Assembly: GCA_037481835.1 (NCBI GenBank) | Contig: JBBFKW010000015.1 | Location: 32,001-96,000 of the forward strand | Reading direction: 5' to 3' | Source of the DNA: Desulfosoma sp. | GTDB taxonomy: Bacteria > Desulfobacterota > Syntrophobacteria > Syntrophobacterales > DSM-9756 | DNA length: 64,000 nt | Shown here: positions 29,503-41,961 of the stretch, in pieces | Numbering within the stretch: the first letter of the stretch is position 1 | How the letters are laid out: each line of letters begins with the position of its first letter | Made by a program: the position numbers and the translations under genes | Notes under the pieces: generated by a model | The model's database searches: none | What the model was told of the DNA's origin: nothing | Seen by the model: the letters and a program-made list of their open reading frames with translations, nothing else

Positions 29503-29563
29503 GGCGGTGTCCTCCTTTCCTATTGAATTTATTTGAGAATCATCGTTTGTTCGGTTCGGTCAA

Positions 29564-29592
29564 AAATTAAGTTCGGCTCACAAACCTGTCAA
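29564..29592 (-). promoter_or_regulatory. sigma70-type promoter of the hsp20 pair
   Basis: TTGACA-17 nt-TAATTT on the - strand, about 60 bp upstream of the ATG. Confidence 0.65.
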
Positions 29593-29677
29593 GACGACCC
29601 CATGGTCGTTGACAATGGGGGGAGAATCTCTTACGAGTCGCCGTGATGGGGACATCTCGAAAGGAGGGCGACGGGCG

Positions 29678-30502
29678 GTGAGGACTTTTGAAAAAGAAGA
29701 CCCGCGGTTGGAAGGGATCGGCTGGGTGGCCGATTCGGGACCGTGTTCGGGGGCCTATGTCCTGGATGGAGGGCGTTTGCTCATCGACACGGGCAACATG
29801 GTGGGGCTTGTGGACGAAATCCGGGAAATGGCGCCGTTGGAAAAGTTGGAGCGCATCGCCCTCACCCATACCCACTTCGACCACGTGGGGGGGATGGCCG
29901 AAATCTATCAAACGGTCGCCCCGGATGTTCTCATGCATCGGATGGCTCGGGAATACGCGCGGTTGCTTCGTCATCCCTTTCCGGAATTTTTCCAGAGCCT
30001 GGAAGAAGCGGGAAAGATCCACTACGTGAAGGACGGCGAGGACATCCCCGGCGTCGGCGTGCACGCCCTTCATCTTCCCGGGCACACGGCGGGAGACCTG
30101 TGTTTTTATATGCCGCAGGCACAGGCCCTTTTCAGCGGTGATGCCGTCCTTCCCCACCAGGTGCGGTTTGCGGCGATTCTTTCCAAGCCCGATGAAATCT
30201 GCGGCGGTCGCATGAAGGACAAAGTGGAAAGCCTCAGGCGGCTTCTTCGTCTCCCCGTGGCGCACCTCTTCCCGGGACATGGGGAACCCGTGCTCCACAA
30301 AGGCGGTCATCAGATCAAAATCGCCCTGCTGACCCTCTATCAAGCCCTGTACGAAACGCCCCCCGAAAAGGCCTGGCTTTTCATGGCCGAGGACCTCCTT
30401 GAGGCCGACCAGCCTGAGGAAGCCTACGAATGCGTGAAAAAGGCGCGGGCCATCGCCCCGGATTCGGAAGCGGTGGCCCGTGTCGCCGAAAAGTTTCGTT
30501 AG
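29678..30502 (+). CDS. MBL-fold metallo-hydrolase with C-terminal TPR-like helices
   Basis: LIDTG, THTHFDH, PGHT, FSGD, PGHG. Confidence 0.85.
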   Translation: MRTFEKEDPRLEGIGWVADSGPCSGAYVLDGGRLLIDTGNMVGLVDEIREMAPLEKLERIALTHTHFDHVGGMAEIYQTVAPDVLMHRMAREYARLLRHPFPEFFQSLEEAGKIHYVKDGEDIPGVGVHALHLPGHTAGDLCFYMPQAQALFSGDAVLPHQVRFAAILSKPDEICGGRMKDKVESLRRLLRLPVAHLFPGHGEPVLHKGGHQIKIALLTLYQALYETPPEKAWLFMAEDLLEADQPEEAYECVKKARAIAPDSEAVARVAEKFR

Positions 30503-30572
30503 CCGTCCGGCCCGATCCGGGATCGGCGGCGGATTCCCGATGCCCGGGCCTCATGCCCTCTTGAACAAACCC

Positions 30573-30603
30573 GTAGGTTGGGGTGAGCGCAGCGAACCCC
30601 AAC
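30573..30603 (+). repeat. GTAG-type REP palindrome
   Basis: gtaggttggggtgagcgcagcgaaccccaac. Confidence 0.85.
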
Positions 30604-30676
30604 ACCGCGCCCAACAATAATCCCGGTCGCGCTCACATGTCGCGCTCTCACAAGGAAGGGTGAAGCTGGAAAACCT

Positions 30677-30799
30677 GGAGCGTGTCCGACAATAACTTCC
30701 TTCCGGGAGCGCGGGCATCCCGCCCGCCCCACAGGTGAGCCGCAGGCCCAAGCTCCCAGGAAAAACATCCCCATTCTTTATTGTGGGACGCGCGGCTAG
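30677..30799. repeat. MITE-like unit enclosing a GGAGCGCGGGCATCCCGCCCGC palindrome
   Basis: Inverted ends gcgtgtccgacaataa / ttattgtgggacgcgc (14/16), ending in CTAG. Confidence 0.6.
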
Positions 30800-30902
30800 G
30801 AGGCTGTCCGACAATTCGATTCTTGCCGATTTCAGCAACGTAAATTCAGATAGTTACGATGCCACAAACCACCAAAATCGGCATTCTCGGACAAGCTCCT
30901 AG
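30796..30902. mobile_element. 107-bp MITE-like element, copy 1
   Basis: CTAG at both ends; TIR ctaggaggctgtccgacaat / attctcggacaagctcctag; about 92% identical by eye to 44634-44740 in inverted orientation. Confidence 0.8.
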
Positions 30903-31267
30903 TTGGTTCCCACCAGCAAAACGATCTGGGTCTTTTCCTGATCTTTGGTGACCACCACGTGAACCATCTTGTCGCCTTTTTTCCAGTGGCCTTGGAGGCC
31001 CTCCGTGTGGGTCATTTCCATCTGGGTTTCCCATCCGGCCTTGGTGAGGGCTTCCTTGTAATAGGCGTAGGCTTTCTGAGGCGGATCCGAACTCGTCAGG
31101 ACCACGTGGGAGCCTTGCGGGGTTTTCATGGCCATTTCCACCTGAGCGCCAGGATATTGCGCTACGATGGCCTTGAGCTCCTCGGGGTAGTCGACTTGCG
31201 CCAGGGCAGGGGCGACCAGAAAGAAGGTGCACAGGACGAGGGCGATGGGCATAAGCCGAGGGTTCAT
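30899..31267 (-). CDS. exported hypothetical protein
   Basis: Signal peptide ending ALA-Q, GGAGG RBS. Confidence 0.75.
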   Translation of the reverse strand: MNPRLMPIALVLCTFFLVAPALAQVDYPEELKAIVAQYPGAQVEMAMKTPQGSHVVLTSSDPPQKAYAYYKEALTKAGWETQMEMTHTEGLQGHWKKGDKMVHVVVTKDQEKTQIVLLVGTN

Positions 31268-31377
31268 CTTAGCCTCCTGCATACATGAAGGGTCAACACA
31301 GCGCAGGCTTCACGACGGCGATCCGGCCGAAACGACGCCATCTTAGAGGCGGGAGCTCACAGGGGCAACGAAAAATT

Positions 31378-31400
31378 AAGGCCGGGGGGGCCCCCGGCCT
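31378..31400 (-). terminator. terminator downstream of katG
   Basis: aggccgggg/ccccggcct stem followed by a U-rich tract on the - strand. Confidence 0.55.
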
Positions 31401-31406
31401 GCCGGC

Positions 31407-34065
<2,659 letters not shown>

Positions 34066-34349
34066 GCGCCATCCTTGGGTTTTCGGCGGATCCGTTTCGG
34101 AAAATGATTCTTGCAAGAAAACGTATCGTAAGAAAAAGACCGAGGCAAGAAAAAAATGGTTTGTGTGAAAATAATTTTAGTGGCAATAAATGGAGCGCCC
34201 AGGTCGAAAGGTTCCAGGCTGCGGGGGGATCCGCTCCTTCCGGGTCGTTTGGCTCATGGGAATCCGCAATAGCCCCATGGGCATCCAGCCGATCGGGGGG
34301 ACGCGGAAGTGTCCCAAGCAGGGCCGGCTGACCCCGAAAAAGAAAAGCC

Positions 34350-34496
34350 ATGGAATGGAAAAACATCTTCATCCCTTTGGAACCAATGGGTCAGCCGGCG
34401 GATGGTGCGGCGGCGGTTCTCTTTTTGGTTTCCGATGAGGCCGGCTATATTACGGGCCAGACTGTGAACGTGAGCGGCGGGTTGGCCACGGTCTGA
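34350..34496 (+). pseudogene. C-terminal fragment of an SDR (FabG-like) oxidoreductase
   Basis: My translation MEWKNIFIPLEPMGQPADGAAAVLFLVSDEAGYITGQTVNVSGGLATV matches an SDR C-terminus; no Rossmann domain upstream. Confidence 0.75.
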
Positions 34497-34536
34497 AAAC
34501 CCGCTTTAAGACGTCGGTGCAGGAGAAAAAGATCCC

Positions 34537-34971
34537 ATGCTCTTTAAAGAATGCCTTTGCTTTCAGTTCGCGTCCCTCAGTCGCTCCATTTCGCGCTCAT
34601 ACCGGGAGCGGATCGCCCCTTACGGCCTCACCCAGGCGCAATTCTTCATGCTCATCGCCCTCTATGAAGAAAACGGAACCCTTCCCAGTCGCCTGGCTGA
34701 AAAGACCCATCTGGACCGACCCACCGTGACGGGCCTCATCGACCGGCTGGAACGGGACGGCTGGGTGGAGAGGCGCTTGGACCCCGAGGATCGGCGGTCG
34801 TTAAGGATTTTTCTCACGCCCAAGGCTATGGAACACCGTCAGGATCTCTTGGCCGTCTATGATGAGGTGAACGGGTTTTTCTTGCAAAAGTTCAGTCCCG
34901 AGGAATGGCAAAGATTCCAGGAGTTCCTGGGGCGGCTCCGAGACGACGAGTCAGGAACCGCGGGGACGTAA
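34537..34971 (+). CDS. MarR family transcriptional regulator
   Basis: GLTQAQF, LDRPTVTGLIDRLERDGWVER...DRRS...LT. Confidence 0.92.
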   Translation: MLFKECLCFQFASLSRSISRSYRERIAPYGLTQAQFFMLIALYEENGTLPSRLAEKTHLDRPTVTGLIDRLERDGWVERRLDPEDRRSLRIFLTPKAMEHRQDLLAVYDEVNGFFLQKFSPEEWQRFQEFLGRLRDDESGTAGT

Positions 34972-34995
34972 TGAGGCAAGGAAGGACGAAGAGCG

Positions 34996-35631
34996 ATGAA
35001 GGTTTTGGCGATAAATGGAAGCCACCGAAAGGGGATGAACACGGCCGCCATGCTCCAAATCGTCCTGGACGAGGCCGCTCGGGGCGGAGCGGAAACGGAG
35101 CTGGTGGAACTTGTGGACTGTCGCATCGAATACTGCCTGTCCTGTAACCAGTGCCTCCGGGAACCCCGGTGTTCCATCCAGGATGACGACATGGCGGCGA
35201 TCGCCGAAAAGATGCTGGCCTCCGATGCCGTGATCCTCGGCTCCCCGGTCTATTTCGGCAACGTCACGGCCCGATTGAAAACCTTCATGGACCGAACCCG
35301 GTGGCTTCACATGCGTGAAAACCTTCTGGAGGGAAAGTTGGGGGCGGCCCTTACCCATGCGGGCTTAAGAAACGGCGGCCAGGAGATGACCCAGATGATC
35401 CTGGAGCGGTTCCTCTTGTCCCACGGCTTTCAGCTTGTGGAACCCCGGGAACCCGGCCGGCCCATTTACAATTCGGCGGTCATGGGAACCCTTTTTGACT
35501 CGCTGGACGGTGAGCGGTTCCGCTGGCGAAAGGGGGCCCTGGAAGATGATCTCGCCGTGGCCATGTGCCGGGCCTTGGGCCGAAATGTGCTGCGCCGAGC
35601 TGCAGCGCGCAAGAGAGCGGAAATCCCTTGA
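34996..35631 (+). CDS. iron-sulfur flavoprotein (Isf) / NADPH-dependent FMN reductase family
   Basis: INGSHR..NT, CLSCNQC...C, GSPVYFG, RNGGQE. Confidence 0.88.
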   Translation: MKVLAINGSHRKGMNTAAMLQIVLDEAARGGAETELVELVDCRIEYCLSCNQCLREPRCSIQDDDMAAIAEKMLASDAVILGSPVYFGNVTARLKTFMDRTRWLHMRENLLEGKLGAALTHAGLRNGGQEMTQMILERFLLSHGFQLVEPREPGRPIYNSAVMGTLFDSLDGERFRWRKGALEDDLAVAMCRALGRNVLRRAAARKRAEIP

Positions 35632-35730
35632 GGAACAGGGCGACGGGGCTGTTGCCATATGAACAGCTGGGGGCCCGGAAATGTCTTGGGTTCCGCATTG
35701 TGCCCGCGGTTCTGCGCTTGAAGGGGGGCC

Positions 35731-36144
35731 ATGGTGTCGCAGGATTTTGAACATATTTACGAAAGGATGTCGAGAATTCCAGCGCTTCACTTCTTGGGGG
35801 TTCGTCTTGTGGGTCTGGAGCCGGGTCGGGCCAGGCTTCACTTGCCCTTCCGGCAGGAGTTCTGCAATTCGATGGGGATGCTCCAGGGAGGTTTCATCAC
35901 CGCGGTGGCGGACGCTGCGGGCGGCCTGGCGGCCCTCACCACGGTGCCCTCCGGCTGGGTGGCGCCCACCATTGAATTGAAGCTAAATTTCCTGGAACCC
36001 GTCCGTTCCTCGGTGGTGGCCACGGGGACGGTCCTTCGCAGCGGATCCCATGTGGCCGTTAGCTATGTGGAAGTGCACTTGGAAGACGGCACCCTGGCGG
36101 CTGCAGGCATCGCCACCTTCCGGCTCATAGGTCCTGAAGGGTGA
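35731..36144 (+). CDS. PaaI family thioesterase
   Basis: NSMGMLQGG...VADAAGG, TIELKLNFLEP. Confidence 0.88.
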   Translation: MVSQDFEHIYERMSRIPALHFLGVRLVGLEPGRARLHLPFRQEFCNSMGMLQGGFITAVADAAGGLAALTTVPSGWVAPTIELKLNFLEPVRSSVVATGTVLRSGSHVAVSYVEVHLEDGTLAAAGIATFRLIGPEG

Positions 36145-36280
36145 TGCGCGGCAACGGAGCCCGTCCATTCAATGCGAAAGAAAAGAGCGCCTCGGCGGCT
36201 TGGCGCGAGGGAAAAAAGGTCTCGCGCAAAGACGCAAAGGCGCAAAGAAAGCCTCGTGAGCGGAAGTGGGACACCTTTAT

Positions 36281-36675
36281 ATGAAGGTCTCCCTAATATA
36301 GCGTAATCACTAGACTTTCATGCTTCGTTGTCACGGGCTGCCCGTGATGGGGCTTTATGGAAAGTCGCGGTCGAAATCCGGGAGGGCAGGACTTTCAGGG
36401 TTCGTTGTCTCGCCGGATCCAGGTCTGGGTTGGGGTTCGCTTTGCTCACCCCAACCTACGAGTTTATTCAAGGATTTTGGCCGGCGACTGTAGGTTGGGG
36501 TGAGCGCAGCGAACCCCAACAAAAATCAGGGATACGCTCGCACGTCGCGGTGACACAATGAAGGATGACACGAGAGCCCCCCGGAGCGGGTCGGAGAATC
36601 TTCAAATGAAAGTCTCGGTAACACACCGTAACCACAAGACTTTCATCCTTCGTTGTCTCGCCCCGCGTGATGGGG
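36281..36675. repeat. composite repeat: two ~70-bp direct repeats bracketing an inverted GTAG-REP pair
   Basis: 36281-36352 resembles 36606-36675; REPs at 36429-36459 (-) and 36490-36520 (+). Confidence 0.7.
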
Positions 36676-36778
36676 GTGATTGTCAACTTTCATCCATGCG
36701 GGGTGGCCTAAGGGCGACCGTGATCGTTTAGAGCGATCCCTTTCGGGCCGGGGCGAGCGCGCTCGGGAAAGGAGACGG

Positions 36779-38893
36779 ATGTCGGCCATGGATCCACTCT
36801 TTCATCCACAATCGGTCGCTGTCGTTGGGGTGTCGACCTCAGCGGACAACCTGGGGAAGAACATCGTCAAAAACCTCTTGAATTTCGGTTACGAGGGAAA
36901 AATCTATCCCGTGGGGCCTCGCCCGGGCCGGGTGGAAGGATTGCCGATTTTTTCATCGGTTGCGGAGCTTCCGGAGAAGCCCGATGTGGCCGTTATTTTG
37001 ACCCCGGCCCGGTTTGTTCCCGATATTGTTTCCCAATGCGGGGAACGGGGGGTTCGCTGGGCCGTCATTCAGACGGGCGGCTTTCGGGAATCCGGGCCGG
37101 ACGGGATGGCCTTGGAAAGGCGCCTGCTTGAGTCGGCCGATCGCTATGGTCTTCGCTTTGTGGGCCCCAACTGCCTGGGCGTTATGAATACCTTCACGGG
37201 ATTTTCCGTTCCTTTCATCACGCTGCCTTCCACGTACCGCAAAGGACCCGTGGCCGTCATGGCCCAGAGCGGCGGCATGGGCCTATCCCTCGTCGAACGG
37301 CTCAGCACGTCGGGCGTGGGGTTCGGCAAGTTCGTGAGCCTGGGAAACAAGCTCGTCCTGGATGAAGTGGACTACTTGAGCTATCTCATCGAAGATCCCC
37401 AAACGGAGATCCTCTACTTTTATCTGGAAGACTTTAAAAGGGGTCGGGACTTCTTCCGGCTCGCCGCGAAGAGTCCCAAGCCCATCATTCTGCACAAGTC
37501 CAACACATCGCCCATCAGTCGAACCATCGCCCAGTCCCATACGGCGGCTCTTGCGGCCGATGACCGCCTGGTGGACCAGCTGGCCCGGGCCGCCGGCGTT
37601 GTGCGGGTCCGGTCGGTGTCCCAGGCCGTCCAGGCGGCCAAGGCCTTCTCCATGCCGCGGCTTCGCGGGAACAATCTGGCGGTGCTTTCCCGGTCGGGGG
37701 GCCATGCCGTGGTCGCGGCGGACACGTGTGGTGAGTTCGGCTTTCGCTTCCCGCCGCTCTGCCAAGAGGTCCTGGAGGAAATCCAACGGCATGCGCGTGC
37801 GGGTGTGATCCGGCCGGGCAATCCGCTGGATCTGGGAGATATTTACGATCTGAACGTCTATTTCGGCATCGCGGAAAAGGTCTTGAAGCAGCCCGATATA
37901 GACGGGGTCGTCCACGTCCATGTCTCCCACATGCCCGTCGAAAAGGACGCCACTCGGAAACTGCTCGCAAAACTGGAGCGCCTGGCGGGGGAGTACCGCA
38001 AGCCTGTCTCTGTCGTTGTGGAAGTGCCCTTCGAGGATCGGACGGCCGTGGAAAAGGAGGCTTCCTATCCGTTCTTTTTGGATGTGCGGGAGGCCGTGGA
38101 AGCGCTGGCCATGCACCGCAGAGTCCCCTCGCAACCAGGCGGTGGCCCTGAGGCTCTTTTAAAGGAAGGCGCCGCACCGCCTTGGTACGATGCGGCGGCG
38201 ACATGGATAGAGGCGCAACGCCCCCTGCAACGCCAGCCCATGGTTCACGAAGGCCTGGAGCTCCTTCGGATCCTGGACATCCCCACGGCCTCGTGGGCGC
38301 TCACCCGGTCGGTGGACGATGCGCGGGATGCCGCCGCGTCTTTTGGCTATCCCGTGGTCCTGAAGGCGGTGGGGAAGTCCCTGGTGCACAAGAGCGATCT
38401 CGGCGGGGTGGCGGTCGGCATCGAGGATGAGGGCGCGTTGGTGGAAGCCTGGCGGCGCCTTGCTTCGCTGTGCGACGATCTGGAGGGCGTCCTGGTTCAG
38501 AAGATGGTCAAGGGCATGCGCGAGCTGATTGTAGGCGCCCATCGGGACCCTGTTTTCGGTGCCGTGGTCCTTGTGGGGCAGGGAGGGATCTTGGTGGAAC
38601 TCCTTCAGGATGTGAACATGCGGCTTGCCCCTGTCGATGAGGCCCTGGCTCTGGAGATGATCCAAGAGCTCCGATGCTCCCCCGTGCTGGGCCCCTACCG
38701 GGGTTTCCGAGCGGCCGACATCGCCTCGGCGGGGGATGCGCTGGCCAAAATTTCCCTTTTGATTCATTGTTTTGACGTGATCCGGGAAGTGGACATCAAC
38801 CCGATCCTTTTGGGAGATCGCGGGGAACAGGGCGTGGCCGTGGATGCACGGGTGCTTCTGGAGATGCCGAACCATGAAGATCCTCTAGTGTGA
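36779..38893 (+). CDS. ADP-forming acyl-CoA synthetase (fused alpha/beta)
   Basis: SVAVVGVS, GPNCLG, QSGG, SLGNK, QSHTAALA, NPLDL, HKSDLGGV, DINP. Confidence 0.9.
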   Translation: MSAMDPLFHPQSVAVVGVSTSADNLGKNIVKNLLNFGYEGKIYPVGPRPGRVEGLPIFSSVAELPEKPDVAVILTPARFVPDIVSQCGERGVRWAVIQTGGFRESGPDGMALERRLLESADRYGLRFVGPNCLGVMNTFTGFSVPFITLPSTYRKGPVAVMAQSGGMGLSLVERLSTSGVGFGKFVSLGNKLVLDEVDYLSYLIEDPQTEILYFYLEDFKRGRDFFRLAAKSPKPIILHKSNTSPISRTIAQSHTAALAADDRLVDQLARAAGVVRVRSVSQAVQAAKAFSMPRLRGNNLAVLSRSGGHAVVAADTCGEFGFRFPPLCQEVLEEIQRHARAGVIRPGNPLDLGDIYDLNVYFGIAEKVLKQPDIDGVVHVHVSHMPVEKDATRKLLAKLERLAGEYRKPVSVVVEVPFEDRTAVEKEASYPFFLDVREAVEALAMHRRVPSQPGGGPEALLKEGAAPPWYDAAATWIEAQRPLQRQPMVHEGLELLRILDIPTASWALTRSVDDARDAAASFGYPVVLKAVGKSLVHKSDLGGVAVGIEDEGALVEAWRRLASLCDDLEGVLVQKMVKGMRELIVGAHRDPVFGAVVLVGQGGILVELLQDVNMRLAPVDEALALEMIQELRCSPVLGPYRGFRAADIASAGDALAKISLLIHCFDVIREVDINPILLGDRGEQGVAVDARVLLEMPNHEDPLV

Positions 38894-38930
38894 CAACCCA
38901 GGATTTGGGCTCTGGGAAAAGGAGGCGAAG

Positions 38931-41069
38931 ATGCACAAGCACGGCGGTGAAGATTTTGAGACTTTTCAGGCCCTGTTTTCTCCCCGGTCTGTGGCGGTGG
39001 TGGGGGCGTCCACCCACGGCGGCAAGGTGGGAAATTTTGTCCTGCGCTCGGCTTTGGCATCGGGCGTGGAAAAGATCTACCCGGTCCATGCGGGCGGGGC
39101 GCAAGAGATCCTGGGCCGGCGGGCCTACCCGTCCATCGAAGCCATTCCGGACGATGCGGTGGATCTCTTTCTTTTTGCCGTTCCCCAGCACCATATCCTG
39201 AAAGGGTTCGAAGCGGCCGTGGCCAAGGGATGCCGCGGGGCCGTCATCTTCACGGCCGGGTTCCGTGAGGCGGGGGAGGAGGGGCGTCGCGATCAGCAGC
39301 GTTTGAAAGCCATGGCCGATGAAGCAGGGGTGAAGATCATCGGGCCCAACACCATGGGCTTTTTCCGGTCGCAGAGCCGCACGAACGCGACGTTTATGCC
39401 GGTGCTGTCCGATTTTTTCACGGAACCCGGCACCATTACCGTGGTGAGCCAAAGCGGCGGAGTGGCGGGTTTTGCGGCCATTCGCTTCTTGGAAGACCAT
39501 ATCCCCATGGGCACGCTCGTCTGCCTGGGCAACCGCGCCAATGTGGAATTTGCCGACATGCTCGATTTTTGCGCAAAAGACGACAAGACTGCGGTCGTGG
39601 CCCTTTTCATCGAGGGGTTGGACGATGTGCGGCGCTTTTATGAAGCAGCGGTGCGGTGCGCGTCCCGAAAACCTGTGGTCGTCCTCGGCGCCGGTTATAC
39701 GGAGGCCGGCCGCAAGGTCGCTCGATCCCACACGGGCAGCATGGCGCAGTCGCAAGCCATCTACGAAGCGGCGTTTCGTCAGGCGGGCTTGGTTCAGGTG
39801 CACACGGTGGAAGAATTGGTGGACACGGCCAAGATTCTTGCTTTGAGCCCGCCACTGCGGGGGAACCGTGTGGCCGTGATCACCCACACGGCGGGTCCTT
39901 CCGTGTTGGCCTCCGATGTCCTGTCTCGAAAAGGCCTGGTTTTGGCGGACCTCGCCCCAGAAACCAAGGAAGCCCTGGTTTCCCGGAAGGTTCTCGCCTC
40001 TTTTATGCCCGCGGATAACCCCGTGGATCTCACCACGTTCGGTTACCTGGATCGCCGCCTCTATGTGGACACATTGGAGGTCTTGGGCACGGATCCCGGG
40101 GTGGACGCCACGCTGGCCGTCTGCATTTCCGCGCTGGGGGACCCTCAGGTGGACCCATTCCCCATGGAGGAGTTCGGACGCAGGGCGAAGGAATCCGGAA
40201 AGCCCGCCGTCTTTGTGTGGGGGGCTCCGTCTTCAGCCGCCGATGAGTTCAAAGCCTGGATGCGGGCCGGTGTGGCGGCCTATCCCACGGCGGAACGGGC
40301 CGCGGCGGCCCTGGCCAACCTCCATCGGGCGTCCCGACTGCGAGAACGCCCGAAGGATGCCGCACCCCCGCCGGAATTTCCTCGGGAACTTTCCGATGCG
40401 GTGGCCGAACTTCGATCGTCGGGCCGGGGGCACCTCTTGGAACACCAGGCCAAGTGGATCCTGGAACTGGCCGGCATCCGGACCGCCCGGGCCGTTTTGG
40501 CTTCCAGCGAGGACGAGGCGGCTTCCATGGCGCTCAAGATCGGCTATCCGGTGGCGCTCAAGATCGCATCGGAAGACGTCGCCCACAAGAGCGACGTGGG
40601 CGGCGTGGCGCTCCACCTTGCGGATGAGGAGGCCCTTCGCCGGGCTTACCGGCGCATGATGGAGACCGTGGCCCGGAAGGCTCACGGAGCCCGCCTGGAA
40701 GGGGTGTGCGTGCAGCCCATGGTGCCGGCGGGAACGGAGATCATCGTGGGCGGAGTCCGGGACCCCCAGGCCGGCCCGGTGGTCATGTTCGGCCTGGGCG
40801 GGATCTGGGTGGAAGCCCTCCGGGACGTGGCGTTCCGGTTGGCCCCCGTCACGGAAGCGGACGCTCGGGAGATGATGGCCGAGATCCAAGGGGCGGCCGT
40901 CCTGGACGGCCTCCGGGGGGCGCCGCCCGTCGATAAGGACGCCCTGGCGCGCCTCATCGTCGCCGTCTCCCACCTCATGGCCCGCTACCCGATCCGGGAA
41001 TTGGACTGCAACCCGGTCATCTTCCACGACGACACCTACACGGTGGCCGACGCCCGCATGACCTTGTGA
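38931..41069 (+). CDS. ADP-forming acyl-CoA synthetase (fused alpha/beta), second paralog
   Basis: SVAVVGAS, GPNTMG, SQSGG, RSHTGSMA, NPVDL, HKSDVGGV, LDCNP. Confidence 0.9.
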   Translation: MHKHGGEDFETFQALFSPRSVAVVGASTHGGKVGNFVLRSALASGVEKIYPVHAGGAQEILGRRAYPSIEAIPDDAVDLFLFAVPQHHILKGFEAAVAKGCRGAVIFTAGFREAGEEGRRDQQRLKAMADEAGVKIIGPNTMGFFRSQSRTNATFMPVLSDFFTEPGTITVVSQSGGVAGFAAIRFLEDHIPMGTLVCLGNRANVEFADMLDFCAKDDKTAVVALFIEGLDDVRRFYEAAVRCASRKPVVVLGAGYTEAGRKVARSHTGSMAQSQAIYEAAFRQAGLVQVHTVEELVDTAKILALSPPLRGNRVAVITHTAGPSVLASDVLSRKGLVLADLAPETKEALVSRKVLASFMPADNPVDLTTFGYLDRRLYVDTLEVLGTDPGVDATLAVCISALGDPQVDPFPMEEFGRRAKESGKPAVFVWGAPSSAADEFKAWMRAGVAAYPTAERAAAALANLHRASRLRERPKDAAPPPEFPRELSDAVAELRSSGRGHLLEHQAKWILELAGIRTARAVLASSEDEAASMALKIGYPVALKIASEDVAHKSDVGGVALHLADEEALRRAYRRMMETVARKAHGARLEGVCVQPMVPAGTEIIVGGVRDPQAGPVVMFGLGGIWVEALRDVAFRLAPVTEADAREMMAEIQGAAVLDGLRGAPPVDKDALARLIVAVSHLMARYPIRELDCNPVIFHDDTYTVADARMTL

Positions 41070-41127
41070 CGGGCGCTCCCTGGTGTCGGCCCCCGACAGG
41101 GGCGCGCAAGCCGGAAAGGAGGATGTC

Positions 41128-41874
41128 ATGGCCGTTTCCATGGAAGAGAGCCGTCCCTATCGGAAAATGGCAACCACGTGCCGGACCCGTCCGGTGACCG
41201 AAAAGAGGATCGTGTGGCCCCGGCTGGATCCCCTTTTGCTGGAAGGCGGCACATACCGCGTGGGCCTCCTTCGCCGGGATCTTATCGATTCCGCGGCGCG
41301 CCTCTGGCGGCTGGGCTATCCGGAACTCTACGGATCCCCCCACGAGTTCCTGCTGGATCCGGACGAGTACGAGCGGTGGGTGGCCCTGTGGGACCGATGG
41401 GAAGAGGATGCGCGATCCAAGGTGTATTGCATGGCGGTGCTGGAAGAGGTGAAAAACGGGGACGTCCTGTCCGGCTCGGTGCTCACCAAGTTCGAGCGCA
41501 ACCTCCAGGTGGAGTTTTCCTTCGTGGCGACCCTTCCCGGCTTCCGCCAAAGGCGGCTCACGGACGAACTGCGCCGTTTCGTGAGAAGGATCGCCGCGGG
41601 CACCGGCGCGGAATATTTCACCACCTTCTGCGAAACCTGGCATGACATCACCCAGAGGTGGTGTCTCAAAGGGGGCTGGAAGATCGCCGGAATCTTTCCC
41701 GGAAACTTCGTGCGATGGAACGGCGGCAACGAGGAGTACCGCGGCTGCACGGTGCACTTCTACCGCTTCGCCCGAGGGGCCCTGGACTACGTCACCCGCC
41801 CCGAGGAATGGCACCTGGCTCCCGAGGTGCAAAAGGTCTGGGAAGTCCTCGCCGAAGTCAACGGAGGCCTTTGA
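41128..41874 (+). CDS. hypothetical protein, possible GNAT fold
   Basis: VATLPGFRQRRL resembles GNAT motif A; GWKIAGIFPG; AGGAGG RBS. Confidence 0.55.
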   Translation: MAVSMEESRPYRKMATTCRTRPVTEKRIVWPRLDPLLLEGGTYRVGLLRRDLIDSAARLWRLGYPELYGSPHEFLLDPDEYERWVALWDRWEEDARSKVYCMAVLEEVKNGDVLSGSVLTKFERNLQVEFSFVATLPGFRQRRLTDELRRFVRRIAAGTGAEYFTTFCETWHDITQRWCLKGGWKIAGIFPGNFVRWNGGNEEYRGCTVHFYRFARGALDYVTRPEEWHLAPEVQKVWEVLAEVNGGL

Positions 41875-41961
41875 GCCGGACCGCGGCACGCCATCTCATT
41901 CAACGCCCAAAGCCCAAGACTTCCGGCGGTTGATCCTGCGACGGGGATTGGATAGGCTCCG

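Noticed and set aside
34100..34190. PerR/Fur box upstream of perR-katG
   Set aside because: AT-rich with half-site-like aaaatgattc and aataatttt, but no convincing full palindrome
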